This document shows positions 34,432 through 45,600 of a stretch of DNA of 64,000 bases, piece after piece. Numbering within the stretch: position 1 is the stretch's first letter; every line of letters begins with the position of its first letter. Below the pieces are notes generated by a model. It searched no databases, was not told where the DNA came from, and was given only the letters and a program-made list of their open reading frames with translations. This DNA is from Felis catus (lineage: Eukaryota), in contig NC_058368.1 in assembly GCF_018350175.1 (NCBI RefSeq), forward strand, positions 116,436,001 to 116,500,000. Reading direction: 5' to 3'. The translations under genes and the position numbers were made by a program.

Positions 34432-36315
34432 ATGGCGGATGACAAGGTGAGTGAATGTAAGGATTATCTTCAGTGTGGGGTGGTCTTCACACCGTTTTAG
34501 TCCTTGGGAGAGGCGACACTGGAGCCTCTCTTGTGTGGGGATGCCCTTATTTCCTCTAGGCTAGCTTTTACTGTTTTCGACTGACTCAACATTGGGAAGT
34601 GGAGTAGCGGAGCACCACACGAGGCAAGCAAAGCCGGGCATCTCCCAGGTGTCCTCTCTCGGGACCCTCGTTATCCTTAATTACCAGCAGACATTCAAAC
34701 ACATTCACTCTGACACACTTTTCCCTGTCTTGCATTCCCTGGCCCCCGAAATTTCCCTCCTATGGACATGATGATTCCAAGCCACACGGACACTCACATT
34801 GTCATTCAGATTCCCTTGGGCATACATTGAATTTCATACTTCTATGCGATCTAAGCCACCCAGTGCATTCACCCACTCCTGCAGACAGCCACCCACCCCA
34901 ACTCCAGCCAGCGCATCCAGTCACACATTCGGTTTGACAGAAGCCCAAGCAGAAATCAGATTTACCCTACAGCGTCCAGGGAACTGCCTCAGGCCGTTAC
35001 TCACCACTGGTCTGGAAGTTCAGCGACATTCATCCTCATATTTATTAACTACTTACCAGTCCCTGTGTGAGGCCTGAGGACCCGGTAGACAAGACAGACA
35101 CGTTGCTATTAATAGCCGAGTCAGTAGTGCTTGCCTGATAAATCTAATTGAATGTCTCCTAGCTGTTCCTCTTGTCTCCCTACACACTGCTTACTTTAGG
35201 AAATTCTGTAAGGGTTGTTATAGATGCAGATCCCATCTGTCACCCCCCTCCCCGGTCCCCATGTGAATTCTTTACTTGTCAGTGCCTTTCTTCCTTTACC
35301 ACCATCATCTCAGGAAGTTTTTTTTTTTTTTTTTAAATACCCAGCCTCTGACAGACCTCAGCAGAGAATTGGGCTGGGTTAACTTGTTGGATTCTTTCTT
35401 GTTCTAGGATTCTCTGCCTAAGCTTAAGGACCTGGCATTTCTCAAGAACCAGTTGGAACGCCTGCAGCAGCGTGTGGAAGACGAAGTCAACAGTGGTGTG
35501 GGCCAGGTAAAGCTGCACCTGCCCACCACTCCTTCCCCCTCTTCCCCCCTGGCCTTGGGCTTCATTGCCCAATATGCTTTTGAATGGGTGATAGAGACTT
35601 ACTCAGCAAATGGTTATTGATGGCCTGTTTTCTGTGACCCCAAGGAAAGTTTCTCTAAGAAAATGATATTTGAACTGGTATCTTAAATAGAAGGTAACTA
35701 GGTAAAGAGGGGAGGAGAGATCATTTCAGGCAGATGGAACAACATATACAAAGCTCTTATGGTGGGAAGTAGCATGATGAACAGGGGGGATGAAAGTAGT
35801 TTAATTTGGCTCCAGTAATGGGGGAGCATGCTAGGAAGTGAGGTTGGAGAAGCAGGCAGGGGTCAGATTCCTCAGGGACACCTCTGTAGCTTTGTGGTGG
35901 TAGCGTTCTGTGGTTGGAGCCTTCTAACCCCAGCATTCTGAGATTGTGTGATCAGGACTTCTAGGTTCTTTTTCTGCCTCCAGAATCTTGAGAAAATCTT
36001 TGGAGAGAATACTGCAGCTTTCCAGAGTAAGGCAGAGGTCGTGGGATGGTCTAAGGCCAGTAGCTCTTGGGTAGAGAACGGAGACCCTGGCTGAGTTTCC
36101 TTCATTTTTCTCCACAGGATGGCTCGCTCTTGTCCTCCCCATTCCTCAAGGGCTTCTTAGCCGGCTATGTGGTGGCCAAACTGAGGGCATCAGCAGTATT
36201 GGGCTTTGCTGTGGGTACCTGCACTGGCATCTACGCAGCTCAGGCATATGCTGTGCCCAATGTGGAGAAGACGTTGAGGGACTATCTTCGGTCATTGCGC
36301 AAGGGGCCCGACTAG
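34432..36315 (+). CDS. SLC35A4: SLC35A4 upstream-ORF microprotein (SLC35A4-MP / AltSLC35A4), 103 aa
   Basis: Three spliced pieces 34432-34446, 35408-35506, 36118-36315 = 312 nt. MADDKDSLPKLKDLAFLKNQLERLQQRVEDEVNSGVGQDGSLLSSPFLKGFLAGYVVAKLRASAVLGFAVGTCTGIYAAQAYAVPNVEKTLRDYLRSLRKGPD*. Strong Kozak context AAGATGG. Confidence 0.93.
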
Positions 36316-36742
36316 CTCTGGATCCCATGGGGGAGGAAGGATGAGCATCTTGGGCCTGCAGGTAGAGGCCTTTCAACCACAGACACCATATCTGGCTTCC
36401 CCAGCTATCACCCTTTTGCTATCTTCAACTTTTCCACAGTCTTCATCCTTGCTCTCCTTCTTGCAAAAGGTGAACAGTGGCTTATCAGCCAATAATCTGG
36501 ACGCCCCTCCTTAACCCCATGGGACTGGCCCCAAGACTGTGGCTTTTAGGGCCACCGGCCCCTTCCTATTCCAGCCCTGAGTGTGGAGTTTGCAGCTGAC
36601 TCTGATTTTCAGTATTCTCTCTAGCAATGTACCACGGCTCTTCCCTCCTGCGAGCCGGCTCCATACTGATTTTTCCCAAACTTGTTATAATTCCCGCTGT
36701 CCCCTGGCTAGCTACACAGGCCACCCAGGGTCTGGTTTGGGC

Positions 36743-37717
36743 ATGAGTGTAGAGGACGGGGGTATGCCAGGCCTGGGCCGTCCCAGGCAGGCCCGCTGGA
36801 CCCTGATGCTACTCCTGTCCACTGCCATGTATGGTGCCCATGCCCCATTACTGGCACTGTGCCATGTGAACGGCAGAGTGCCCTTCCGGCCCTCCTCAGC
36901 TGTGCTGCTGACTGAGCTGACCAAGCTACTGTTGTGCGCCTTCTCCCTCTTGGTGGGCTGGCAAGCATGGCCCCAAGGGGCTCCTCCATGGCGCCAGGCT
37001 GCCCCCTTTGCGCTATCAGCCCTTCTCTATGGCGCTAACAACAACCTGGTGATCTATCTTCAACGTTACATGGACCCCAGCACCTATCAGGTGCTGAGCA
37101 ATCTCAAGATTGGAAGCACGGCCCTGTTCTACTGCCTCTGTCTCCGGCACCGCCTCTCTGCACGCCAGGGCTTGGCACTGCTGCTGCTGATGGCAGCAGG
37201 GGCCTGCTATGCAGCTGGTGGCCTCCAAGACCCTGGAAGCACCCTTCCTGGGCCCCCTCCAGCAGCTGCTGCTGGCCGCATGTCCCTGCATATCACTCCA
37301 CTGGGACTGCTGCTTCTCATCTTGTACTGCCTCATCTCGGGCCTGTCGTCCGTGTACACAGAGCTGCTCATGAAGCGACAGCGGCTGCCCCTAGCACTTC
37401 AGAACCTCTTCCTCTACACTTTTGGTGTGCTCCTGAACCTAGGTCTACACGCAGGTGGTGGCCCTGGCCCAGGCCTCCTGGAGGGTTTCTCTGGTTGGGC
37501 AGCGCTTGTGGTACTGAGCCAGGCACTAAATGGACTGCTCATGTCAGCTGTCATGAAGCATGGCAGCAGCATCACACGGCTCTTTGTTGTGTCCTGCTCC
37601 CTGGTGGTCAATGCCGTGCTCTCAGCAGCCTTGCTGCGGCTGCAGCTCACAGCTGCCTTCTTCCTGGCCACACTGCTCATTGGCCTGGCTGTGCGCCTGT
37701 ACTATGGCAGCCGCTAG
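36743..37717 (+). CDS. SLC35A4: Solute carrier family 35 member A4, nucleotide-sugar transporter family, 324 aa, single coding exon
   Basis: MSVEDGGMPGLGRPRQARWTLMLLLST...YMDPSTYQVLSNLKIGSTALFY...LAVRLYYGSR*; multi-transmembrane hydrophobic pattern with the SLC35A YQVLSNLKI motif. Confidence 0.97.
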   Translation: MSVEDGGMPGLGRPRQARWTLMLLLSTAMYGAHAPLLALCHVNGRVPFRPSSAVLLTELTKLLLCAFSLLVGWQAWPQGAPPWRQAAPFALSALLYGANNNLVIYLQRYMDPSTYQVLSNLKIGSTALFYCLCLRHRLSARQGLALLLLMAAGACYAAGGLQDPGSTLPGPPPAAAAGRMSLHITPLGLLLLILYCLISGLSSVYTELLMKRQRLPLALQNLFLYTFGVLLNLGLHAGGGPGPGLLEGFSGWAALVVLSQALNGLLMSAVMKHGSSITRLFVVSCSLVVNAVLSAALLRLQLTAAFFLATLLIGLAVRLYYGSR

Positions 37718-38648
37718 TCACTGACCATCTCCACCCGGACTCCTGACTCTATAGATTGGGCGCCACCATCAGAGCCACCTCCGAGGCCTCCCTACCCTTC
37801 TTCAGCAGCCAGCCCTGTAACAAGTGCCTTGTGACAAAAGCTGGGGAAGTGGGAGTAGCCAGGTTAGTCTCTGGAGGTGGGTGGATGAAGGGTTACCCCA
37901 GGAAACTTGAAGACTGGGTTTGCCCTGAAGTTTTTCCAGAATAAGGAAATGGGAGAGCATCAATACCTAGGCCTTAGAAGTGACCCCATCCCCAGTGGAG
38001 GAGGCTCTCCACCTCATCCTGCATGAATACAGTTGCTTTGAGTGGGTTTGGGCAACAGTTGGCTTTCCTAGCCTCCTGTGGTCACCCCAGCAGACCCATT
38101 GCCCCCAGGCCTGGTACTGGCTACTCCAGCCCAGCTGTGGTACATGACTCCCCCATAAGAGATATCCCCTCCCCCCCCCCCCGCCCCCACCCACTGTAAT
38201 GCAGGAAAGCCCAATTGCCACAGATTATACACCCGTCATCCAGGCTACTCTTTCAAACTCCCCTAGCTCCAGCGGTACCTGGGGACATTGCCCCCTGCTC
38301 CCTCCACAGTGCTGCTCTCCACACCCACCCAGCCTTTTTCTGGAGACCCCAGAGAGGGCTGGAGCTTGACTCATCTCAGGGAATGTTGCCCCTGGGCCCT
38401 GGCTTAAGGCTACACTCCTGACCTCTGCTCACCCCAAGGGCCCTCTCAAAGCCCACCGTCCCCTCTACAACTCCTAGGAGGTACCATTTTTCTCACTCTG
38501 GGTCCTGCCCCTGCCTAGCACTGTCCCAACTCTACACAGAGTGTAGTAATCTACACAGATTAGGGAAGCTCTACACAGAGTGACCTGGAACCAGGCACAG
38601 GGAAATTTGGTGTAGTTCAGTGTTTCTAACTGTAAGCAATAAGGTCTT

Positions 38649-38654
38649 AATAAA
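38649..38654 (+). terminator. SLC35A4 polyadenylation signal AATAAA
   Basis: AATAAA about 930 nt after the stop, followed by G/T-rich sequence. Confidence 0.75.
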
Positions 38655-39612
38655 GTATTCTGGGGTGCAGGTGGTTCCTGCAATTGGCTATGATTGTCCT
38701 GTGTTGCGTAGATTCTCTCTAACATAATTTTGTTACCCTAGTGCCCTGAATGTCTTAATCCTCGAGTAACTGATAGACTAGGAGAAAAGACTTCTATCTA
38801 TTGCTAGGAGCATTATTTCCTTTGAGGGCTCCATGGAGTGGAGACTGTTCTGTCACAACTTTTCAAATTTCTCTAAAGCACAAAACCTGGGCCCTGGAGA
38901 ATTTGGAGGGACTCTTGGGAATAGAAGGTCCTGGCTGGACCTGGCAGGACAAACCAAGTTTTAGGCTAGAGAACTCATGGATTCAATATGGTTTTGATTC
39001 TTATTTCCTCTGGTTCCCTCACTGATACTCCTTCCTGCCATCTCTTCTCATGGCCAGAGGAACATCAGGCCCTGCTCCCATGGGAGCATACCTAGTAAGC
39101 TTACACACACACACACGCACACACACACTGCAGACCTACTGAAGAATCTGGGAGAGTAGGGTTTGGGAATCTTTTTTCTTTAATAAGCTAAGTGATTCTG
39201 CTGCACACTTCAGTTTGTGAACCACCACATGTGCAGTGTAGAACTATAGTTCTAACAGGCTTGAATTTGAATTCTGGCTCTGTGACTTAGCGGACTTGTC
39301 CTTGGGCAGTTACTTAACCTCTCCTAGCTTTAGTTGCCTTACCTCTGAAATGGGGGTCAAGTGGCACCTACTACATAGGGTAGTGAAAAAGGCTAAAATG
39401 AAGAGGTGGATATCAGGTACCTAGCAGGGACTGACACAATGAGACCTGGTTAGTGGTATCGTTCATTATCCATAGTGAAGGTTAGCGTAGTTATCCCAGC
39501 TCCCTCTCCCTTCTGGGACAGTGAAGAATGAAGAGAGAAGAAGCTGCCCCTGAAAGACTACTGATCACCAGACTGCTTCCCAGGGCAGCCATCCAGCACG
39601 ACTGGCCCCAGC

Positions 39613-42600
39613 CTAGCCTATACCCTGCTGAAGCTGCTGGTTCTGGGCTTGAAGCTCCTGGTTCTGTGTGGCCAGTTGGAGCGTGTCTTGCAGGATACCA
39701 GCCAGCAGGCTGCGGTGGTGATGCTCTGTGGTCATGGTCTGCTCCTCCCACAGCTCTCGCCAGGCTCGAAATACCTGTGCCCAGATTCAGAGATGCTTGT
39801 CAGTCAGCCTTGGAACCATTTCAAGGCCTGCCTTCTGTCCCCACTGACCTGCAGTGTATGGCATGTCCGAGCCCGGGCAGCCTGCACGTGCACGTCATAG
39901 AGGGCCATGAGGTCCTGCTCTGCAGTGTCCCGCTCTGCCTGAAGGGCCTCCAGCTGGAGTCTCCATAGTGTCTGCTCCCGCTGCCATCTCTGCCTCTCGA
40001 AGGCCTTCAGTGATAATACATATTCTTTGTTCAGTGCCACCTGTGTGCCAGACTTTGTTCCTAAACACTTCATGTGTATTCATTCATTTTAGCCAATGAA
40101 ACCCAGGGGAGGAAAGTAGTTGCCATTTTAGTTTTCCAAATCTGGTAGTTAGATTTGGAAACTGTGAATCAGAGAAGTGACCTAACCTGCCCAAATTTGC
40201 ATGGCTAGTGAGGGACAGAACTGAGATGACACATGCCCTTCAATGGTTCACTATCATTCTTAGGGTAAAGTCCAAATTCAGAGGCATGGCACACACTGGT
40301 CTCTTTAGCCTCACCTCTGACCATGTACCTGCTGGGGCCCCCCAGATGGACAATTTGCAGTACCCAGACTGTACTTTGCCATTGCTTCCCTCTGGACCTT
40401 TGCTCATAAACCATAGTCCTCAGAACGTATCCTCCCATCCCCTCATGCTCACAAGTTTTGTTTCCTAATTTGGGCAAACAAGTATATTTATTTAGTGCCT
40501 CTATGTGATGCATATGAACTTCCCACATGGAGTTCAGTCTAGTGAATTCCTCTGGCTGATTTGTTTTTCAAGTCTCAGCCTAGATGCCATCTTTGCTCCT
40601 CTCCTGCCTGAGTCAGGCACTCTTCTTTGTCCCCACAAGCCCCTAGCTCCCTGCATCACTGCGCTTAGCCCTGAAAATTGCTACATCTGTCCCCCATAAA
40701 GCTATAAGGACCATGAGAGAGGGTATGGCCCAGCCTGTTGTGACTGAGGCTGGATTCCAGCCCCCAACACAATGCCTGAACCAATTAGAAGAAGCCTCAA
40801 GTCCCCTACTTGACCCTCCTCACCTCCTTTCCAGCCACCAGGCCTTTGACTTGGTCACCTTCCACCTCTTCCTCCTCCTGTTCCAAATGCTTCAGTTCCT
40901 CTTGGATCCGTATCTGGTGCTGTTCTTGAAGTCTCTTCCTCTGTGCCTGGGCCAAGAAGAACTGCAGGGCCACATCTGGGGCGTGCCAGGCCTACATGGC
41001 ATTAGTCTAGGCTCAGCCAGAAGTCTGTGTGTGCCACAGCTTCGGGATACGGTGCCCAACTTTCCAACAGAACCCCACCACCAGGGCTGTTCCTACAACT
41101 ACGTCTGGGACCCAACTGTCCTGTAAGAGCCTGTAGCCTGGACAGAGACTTGGGGCCATGGGAGAAAGGTATTGGCTCTGCCAATAGGTGCCATGGAGGC
41201 CTTAAGGATCCTATACTCCTAATGTGACCCAGTAGGAAAACAGCCTTCCCATGCCCCTCTCTTAGGAATCATAGCCTGTCAGGTCCTCTCTTTGTCAGAA
41301 GCTCCATATTTGTCCCTGATGTTGGGGCACAGAAGTGGTAGACATGTTAGCTGTGCTCTGCAACTCTTCAGGCCCTCAAGAGCTTCCAGCTGTTCTGGGG
41401 TACATGAGGTATTACCTGTTCCTCAGAGTCCCTAGGAGGATGCTTTTGGTGGAGCCCAGGTCCTAGAGATGCTGTTACTCCTACTACTGGAGGAAAATGC
41501 AATTAAGCCCAACAAAGGTGGAGGGCACCCAGCTCCACCCCAAGCTCCAAACCCACCTTTCGGCTCTCCCTGGAAGCCTGGGCTGTGGCTTGCTGTTGAA
41601 TCTATCACCTGCTGAGAATATATTAAGAATGGGAATTCCATCCCCTTCCTCCTAGGATAGCACGTGTTAAGCTCAGGACTTTGAAATCAGACAGATCAGA
41701 GTCTCAGGCCCTCCTTTCCTCAGCTGTATAACCTCAGGCAGGTGTCTAATCTTTTGAATCCATTTCCTCACCTGTAAAATGGAACTAATAAAAGTTATAG
41801 AGGTGCCTGGGTGGCTCAGTTGGTTGAGCATCCACCTTCATTTCAGGTCATGATCTCACGGTTTGTGAGTTCAAACCTTGCATCGGCTATCAGCACAGAG
41901 CCTGCTTCAGATCCTCTTTCCCCCTCTTTCTCTGTCCCTCCCCTGCTCTCTCTCTCTCTCTTTCTCAAAACAAATAAAATAAACAAAAAAAAAAAAAACA
42001 TTTTTAAAAAGTTGTAGAGAGGGGCACCTGGGTGGCTCAGTCGGTTAAGCGGCCGACTTTGGCTCAGGTCATGATCTCACGGTCCATGAGTTCGAGCCCC
42101 GCGTCGGGCTCTGTGCTGACAGCTCAGAGCCTGGAGCCTGTTTCAAATTCTGTGTCTCCCTCTCTCTGACCCTCCCCCGTTGATGCTCTGTCTCTCTCTG
42201 ACTCAAAAATAAATAAACGTTAAAAAAAAAAAAAGTTGTAGAGGGGCACCTGGGTGGCTCAGTCAGTTAAGCGTCTGACTTTGGCTCAGGTCATGATCTC
42301 ATGGTTCTTGGGTTCGAGCCCTGCGTTGTGTTCTGTGCTGACAGCTCAGAGCTTGGAGCCTGCTTCAGAATCTGTGTCTCCCTCTCTTTCTGCCCCTTCC
42401 CTCCCCTTCTCAAAAATAAATAAAACCTTTTTTAAAAAAAGTTGTAGAGAGCATGAAATAAGACACCCAAAGCGCTAAGCAGTAGCAGATGCTGCTCAAT
42501 AAATGGGAACTTACATGCCTAAGTCCCGAAGCTCAGGGCTGTAAAAACAAGTTGTAAGTACGAAAAGGGTAGGACCAGGAGAAGGTGGACAGAAGCAGCA

Positions 42601-45600
42601 TTCCAGCCACCCTTTGGCAAATACTGGAAGACAGCACCCCCTTCTGCACAGGAGAGGCCATGCATTCTAAACGGATGCAAAAGCACCATACTGAACCTAA
42701 GGACTTGGGTGTTTGTACCTCTGCTGCCTTTGATTATCTCAGTGACCCTGAGACACTCAGATCCCTTCTCTGAGCCTCAGTTTGCTGACCTGAAAAATGT
42801 GAGCAATACTGTTTTCCCTGCTTAAAGTAATTTTATGGCTTCCCCTTGACCTTCAAGACAAAGTCCAAACATCTCAATAAATTTACAAAGCCCTTTATGA
42901 CCGGGCCCCTACTTATCTCTTCAATCATTCTCTCTTGACTCTTCCTCAAAATATCCTACAGCAAAATGATCTGCTTGCAGTCCCCCAAAGAGATCAAGCC
43001 CCTGCTTACTTCCGAGACTTGACCTGTTAGTTTCTGTGCCTGGAATGTTTGTTCTTCACTCATCTTTGCTGGCTACCTCCTTCAGAAATCAACATCCCCT
43101 GTGAAGTGTTTAGATGCCCCACTGAACCCTGTGTTGATAAAGCCTTCAAAGCACTGATCATGGTGTTATAATTGCTTCTCTCCAGAAGATTGCAAATTCC
43201 ATGAGGACAGGGGTTTCCCAGGGCCTACGTGGCACTATGCCTGACACACTGAGAAGTCACTAAAATGTTTGGAAATCAATAAATTAGTGAACAAAGAAAG
43301 GGACTCCTCATAGTGCTCTGTAGATAGGAGAGAAGGCAGACATCAATGGGGCTCCTAAGAGGTTGAGCCAGAAAACATACCTGTAGTTCTGGGAGTCCCA
43401 CAGCCTCAGCTTTGACCCCTTTGAGCATCTGGCTTCCTGGGCACTGGCTGCAGGCTTTTACCACCTATGGAGAGAGGGTTTAAGGTAGGCTCCAACAGCT
43501 ACTCTCTTCAGCACCTCCAGGCCTCACCTTGCTTACCCGCAACTCTCGCAGTGCCCTGCCCAGCTGGCTGAGCCCACTTTCTGTGAGGGTGTCTCCAAGG
43601 AGGCCTGAACGCAGGCTCTTCAGGTTTGCCCGGCGGGCACGTGCCTCTTCTACTGCATCCCACTGGGTGGGCCTCACCTGTTTCACCTGCATCCTCCTTC
43701 CCGAGGCCCCCAACAGAGCAGCTCTGAGTAAGCTCAGGGAGCCACCTAATAAGGGGAGACTCGGAGTGAATCACTCCTTCTGGACTCCAGAGCACACTGC
43801 CTGTAATACTTGTAATTTTTATTAATACTACTTACAAAAAATAGCTAACACCTATCAGGCTTTTACATGGGCTTGGCACTATGCTAAGAGTTTTTGTGGA
43901 TCACCTCTTTTTATCCACACAACACTCCAATGAAGCAGCAACTCTAATTTTGTCTGCCTACCCCCACATTTTCCAGATGAACCAAATGAAGCTTAGAGAG
44001 GTCAAGCAACTCCCTGGTGAGTGGCAGAGCTAAAACTTAAGCCCAATTCTGTCTGACATTAAAGCCTGTGCCTTTAATCAGGATACCAAACTGGCCTATG
44101 GATAAACATACTTTTGTCCTTCACTGCTTTATCCTTAAGGGCATGAACTGGCCTAATTTTTCTTCCTTACTCCACAGGGCCTGGCACAGTGTGTGGTCTG
44201 GGACTATGTTAGCCAAATTAATGTGTGCTTACTAATTTTGGATACGGAGAGCCAGACTTTTTCTTTCTTTTCACTTTTATTGTAGAAAATTTCAAACATG
44301 TACAAAGTATAGGAAATTCAATCTACTTATCACCCAGCTTCAATAATTGTCAACTCACAGCCATTCTTGTTTGATCTATACCCTCTACTTGACCTCCCCT
44401 AAGTCTCTGACATCATATCATTTCAGAGGGGCCTGATTTTTAATGAGTGTATGAAAATAGGCAAGTTCTCTCCCTTCTCTGATCCTCCCTTTCCTCATTT
44501 ATAAATTAGGCCTCCCTCCCTAAGTTAGATGTGTCTCATGGGGTTGTGGTAAGAATAAAATGTATTAGTGTGAAAATTCTTGGTTAACTGTTGAAAGCCT
44601 CTGAAGGGCGAGGGGTTGCTTTTACTATCAGCCCTGCCTTTCCAGACTTTGGCAACCTAGCCATACTGGGACCTTTCTGAGTCTTGACCCTCCCAGAGGT
44701 GAGGCTGTCTCTGGACTGGGGTTGGGGCTGCAGCTGTTTTGGTGAGAGGGCGGTCAGGCATAAGTTAGATGTCAGAGCTTCCCAAAGAACCCCAGACCCT
44801 TCCCCAGGCCACCTTGAGGGTCCAGGCGAAGAAGAAGACCAGTGTAGTTGTTTCCTTCCAGGAGCCATGACACGATCCAGGGCAGAGAGCCCTCTACCTC
44901 CTCACCAATAACCTTACCAGCCAACACCTGCAGCAGGGGGCAATCTCTGCCAGAAGGAGAGAGGAAGAAAGGAGGGGTCCACTGGTGGATGGGGAAAGAA
45001 ACTGACCCAAATTACATCTGATGGAAAGGCTATTTCCAGAACTTTGGTGCACCACCAGGCAGATTTGCAACCTTGCATAGACCCTTTTTTAAATTTTATT
45101 ATTTAATTACACAAATAATATATTCTCATAGCGCAAAATTTAATTTGTCTATCTGATAAGGGACTTGTATCCAGAACATACATTTATGTATGTATGTATG
45201 CTATTTTTATTTGTTTATTTTTATTTTTGAGAGAGAGAGAGAGAGGGCATGAGATTGAGGGGCAGAGAGAGGGAGAGAGAGAGAGAATCCCATGCAGGCT
45301 CTGCACTGTGCAGAGCCTGAAGCAGGGCTCGAGCTCACCTGGTAAGGGACTCAAACTCATGAACTGTGAGAACCAACTGAGCCACCCGGGCACCCCTATC
45401 CAGGATATTTAAAGAGCTCTTACACCTCAGTGATAGAAGACTAATCACCCTATTTATTTTTTATTTATTTATTTTTTAAGTAGGCAACACAGCCAATGTG
45501 GGGCTTGAACTCACGATCCTGAGATCAAAAGTCATATGCCCTGGGGTACCAGGGTGGCTCAGTTGGTTAAGCATCCGACTTCAGCTCAAGTCATGATCTC

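Noticed and set aside
36581-36742. 54-aa N-terminal extension of SLC35A4 suggested by the ORF track (GTG start)
   Set aside because: No in-frame ATG before 36743, and the 324-aa product from 36743 matches the known length. Near-cognate initiation cannot be excluded but has no support here.
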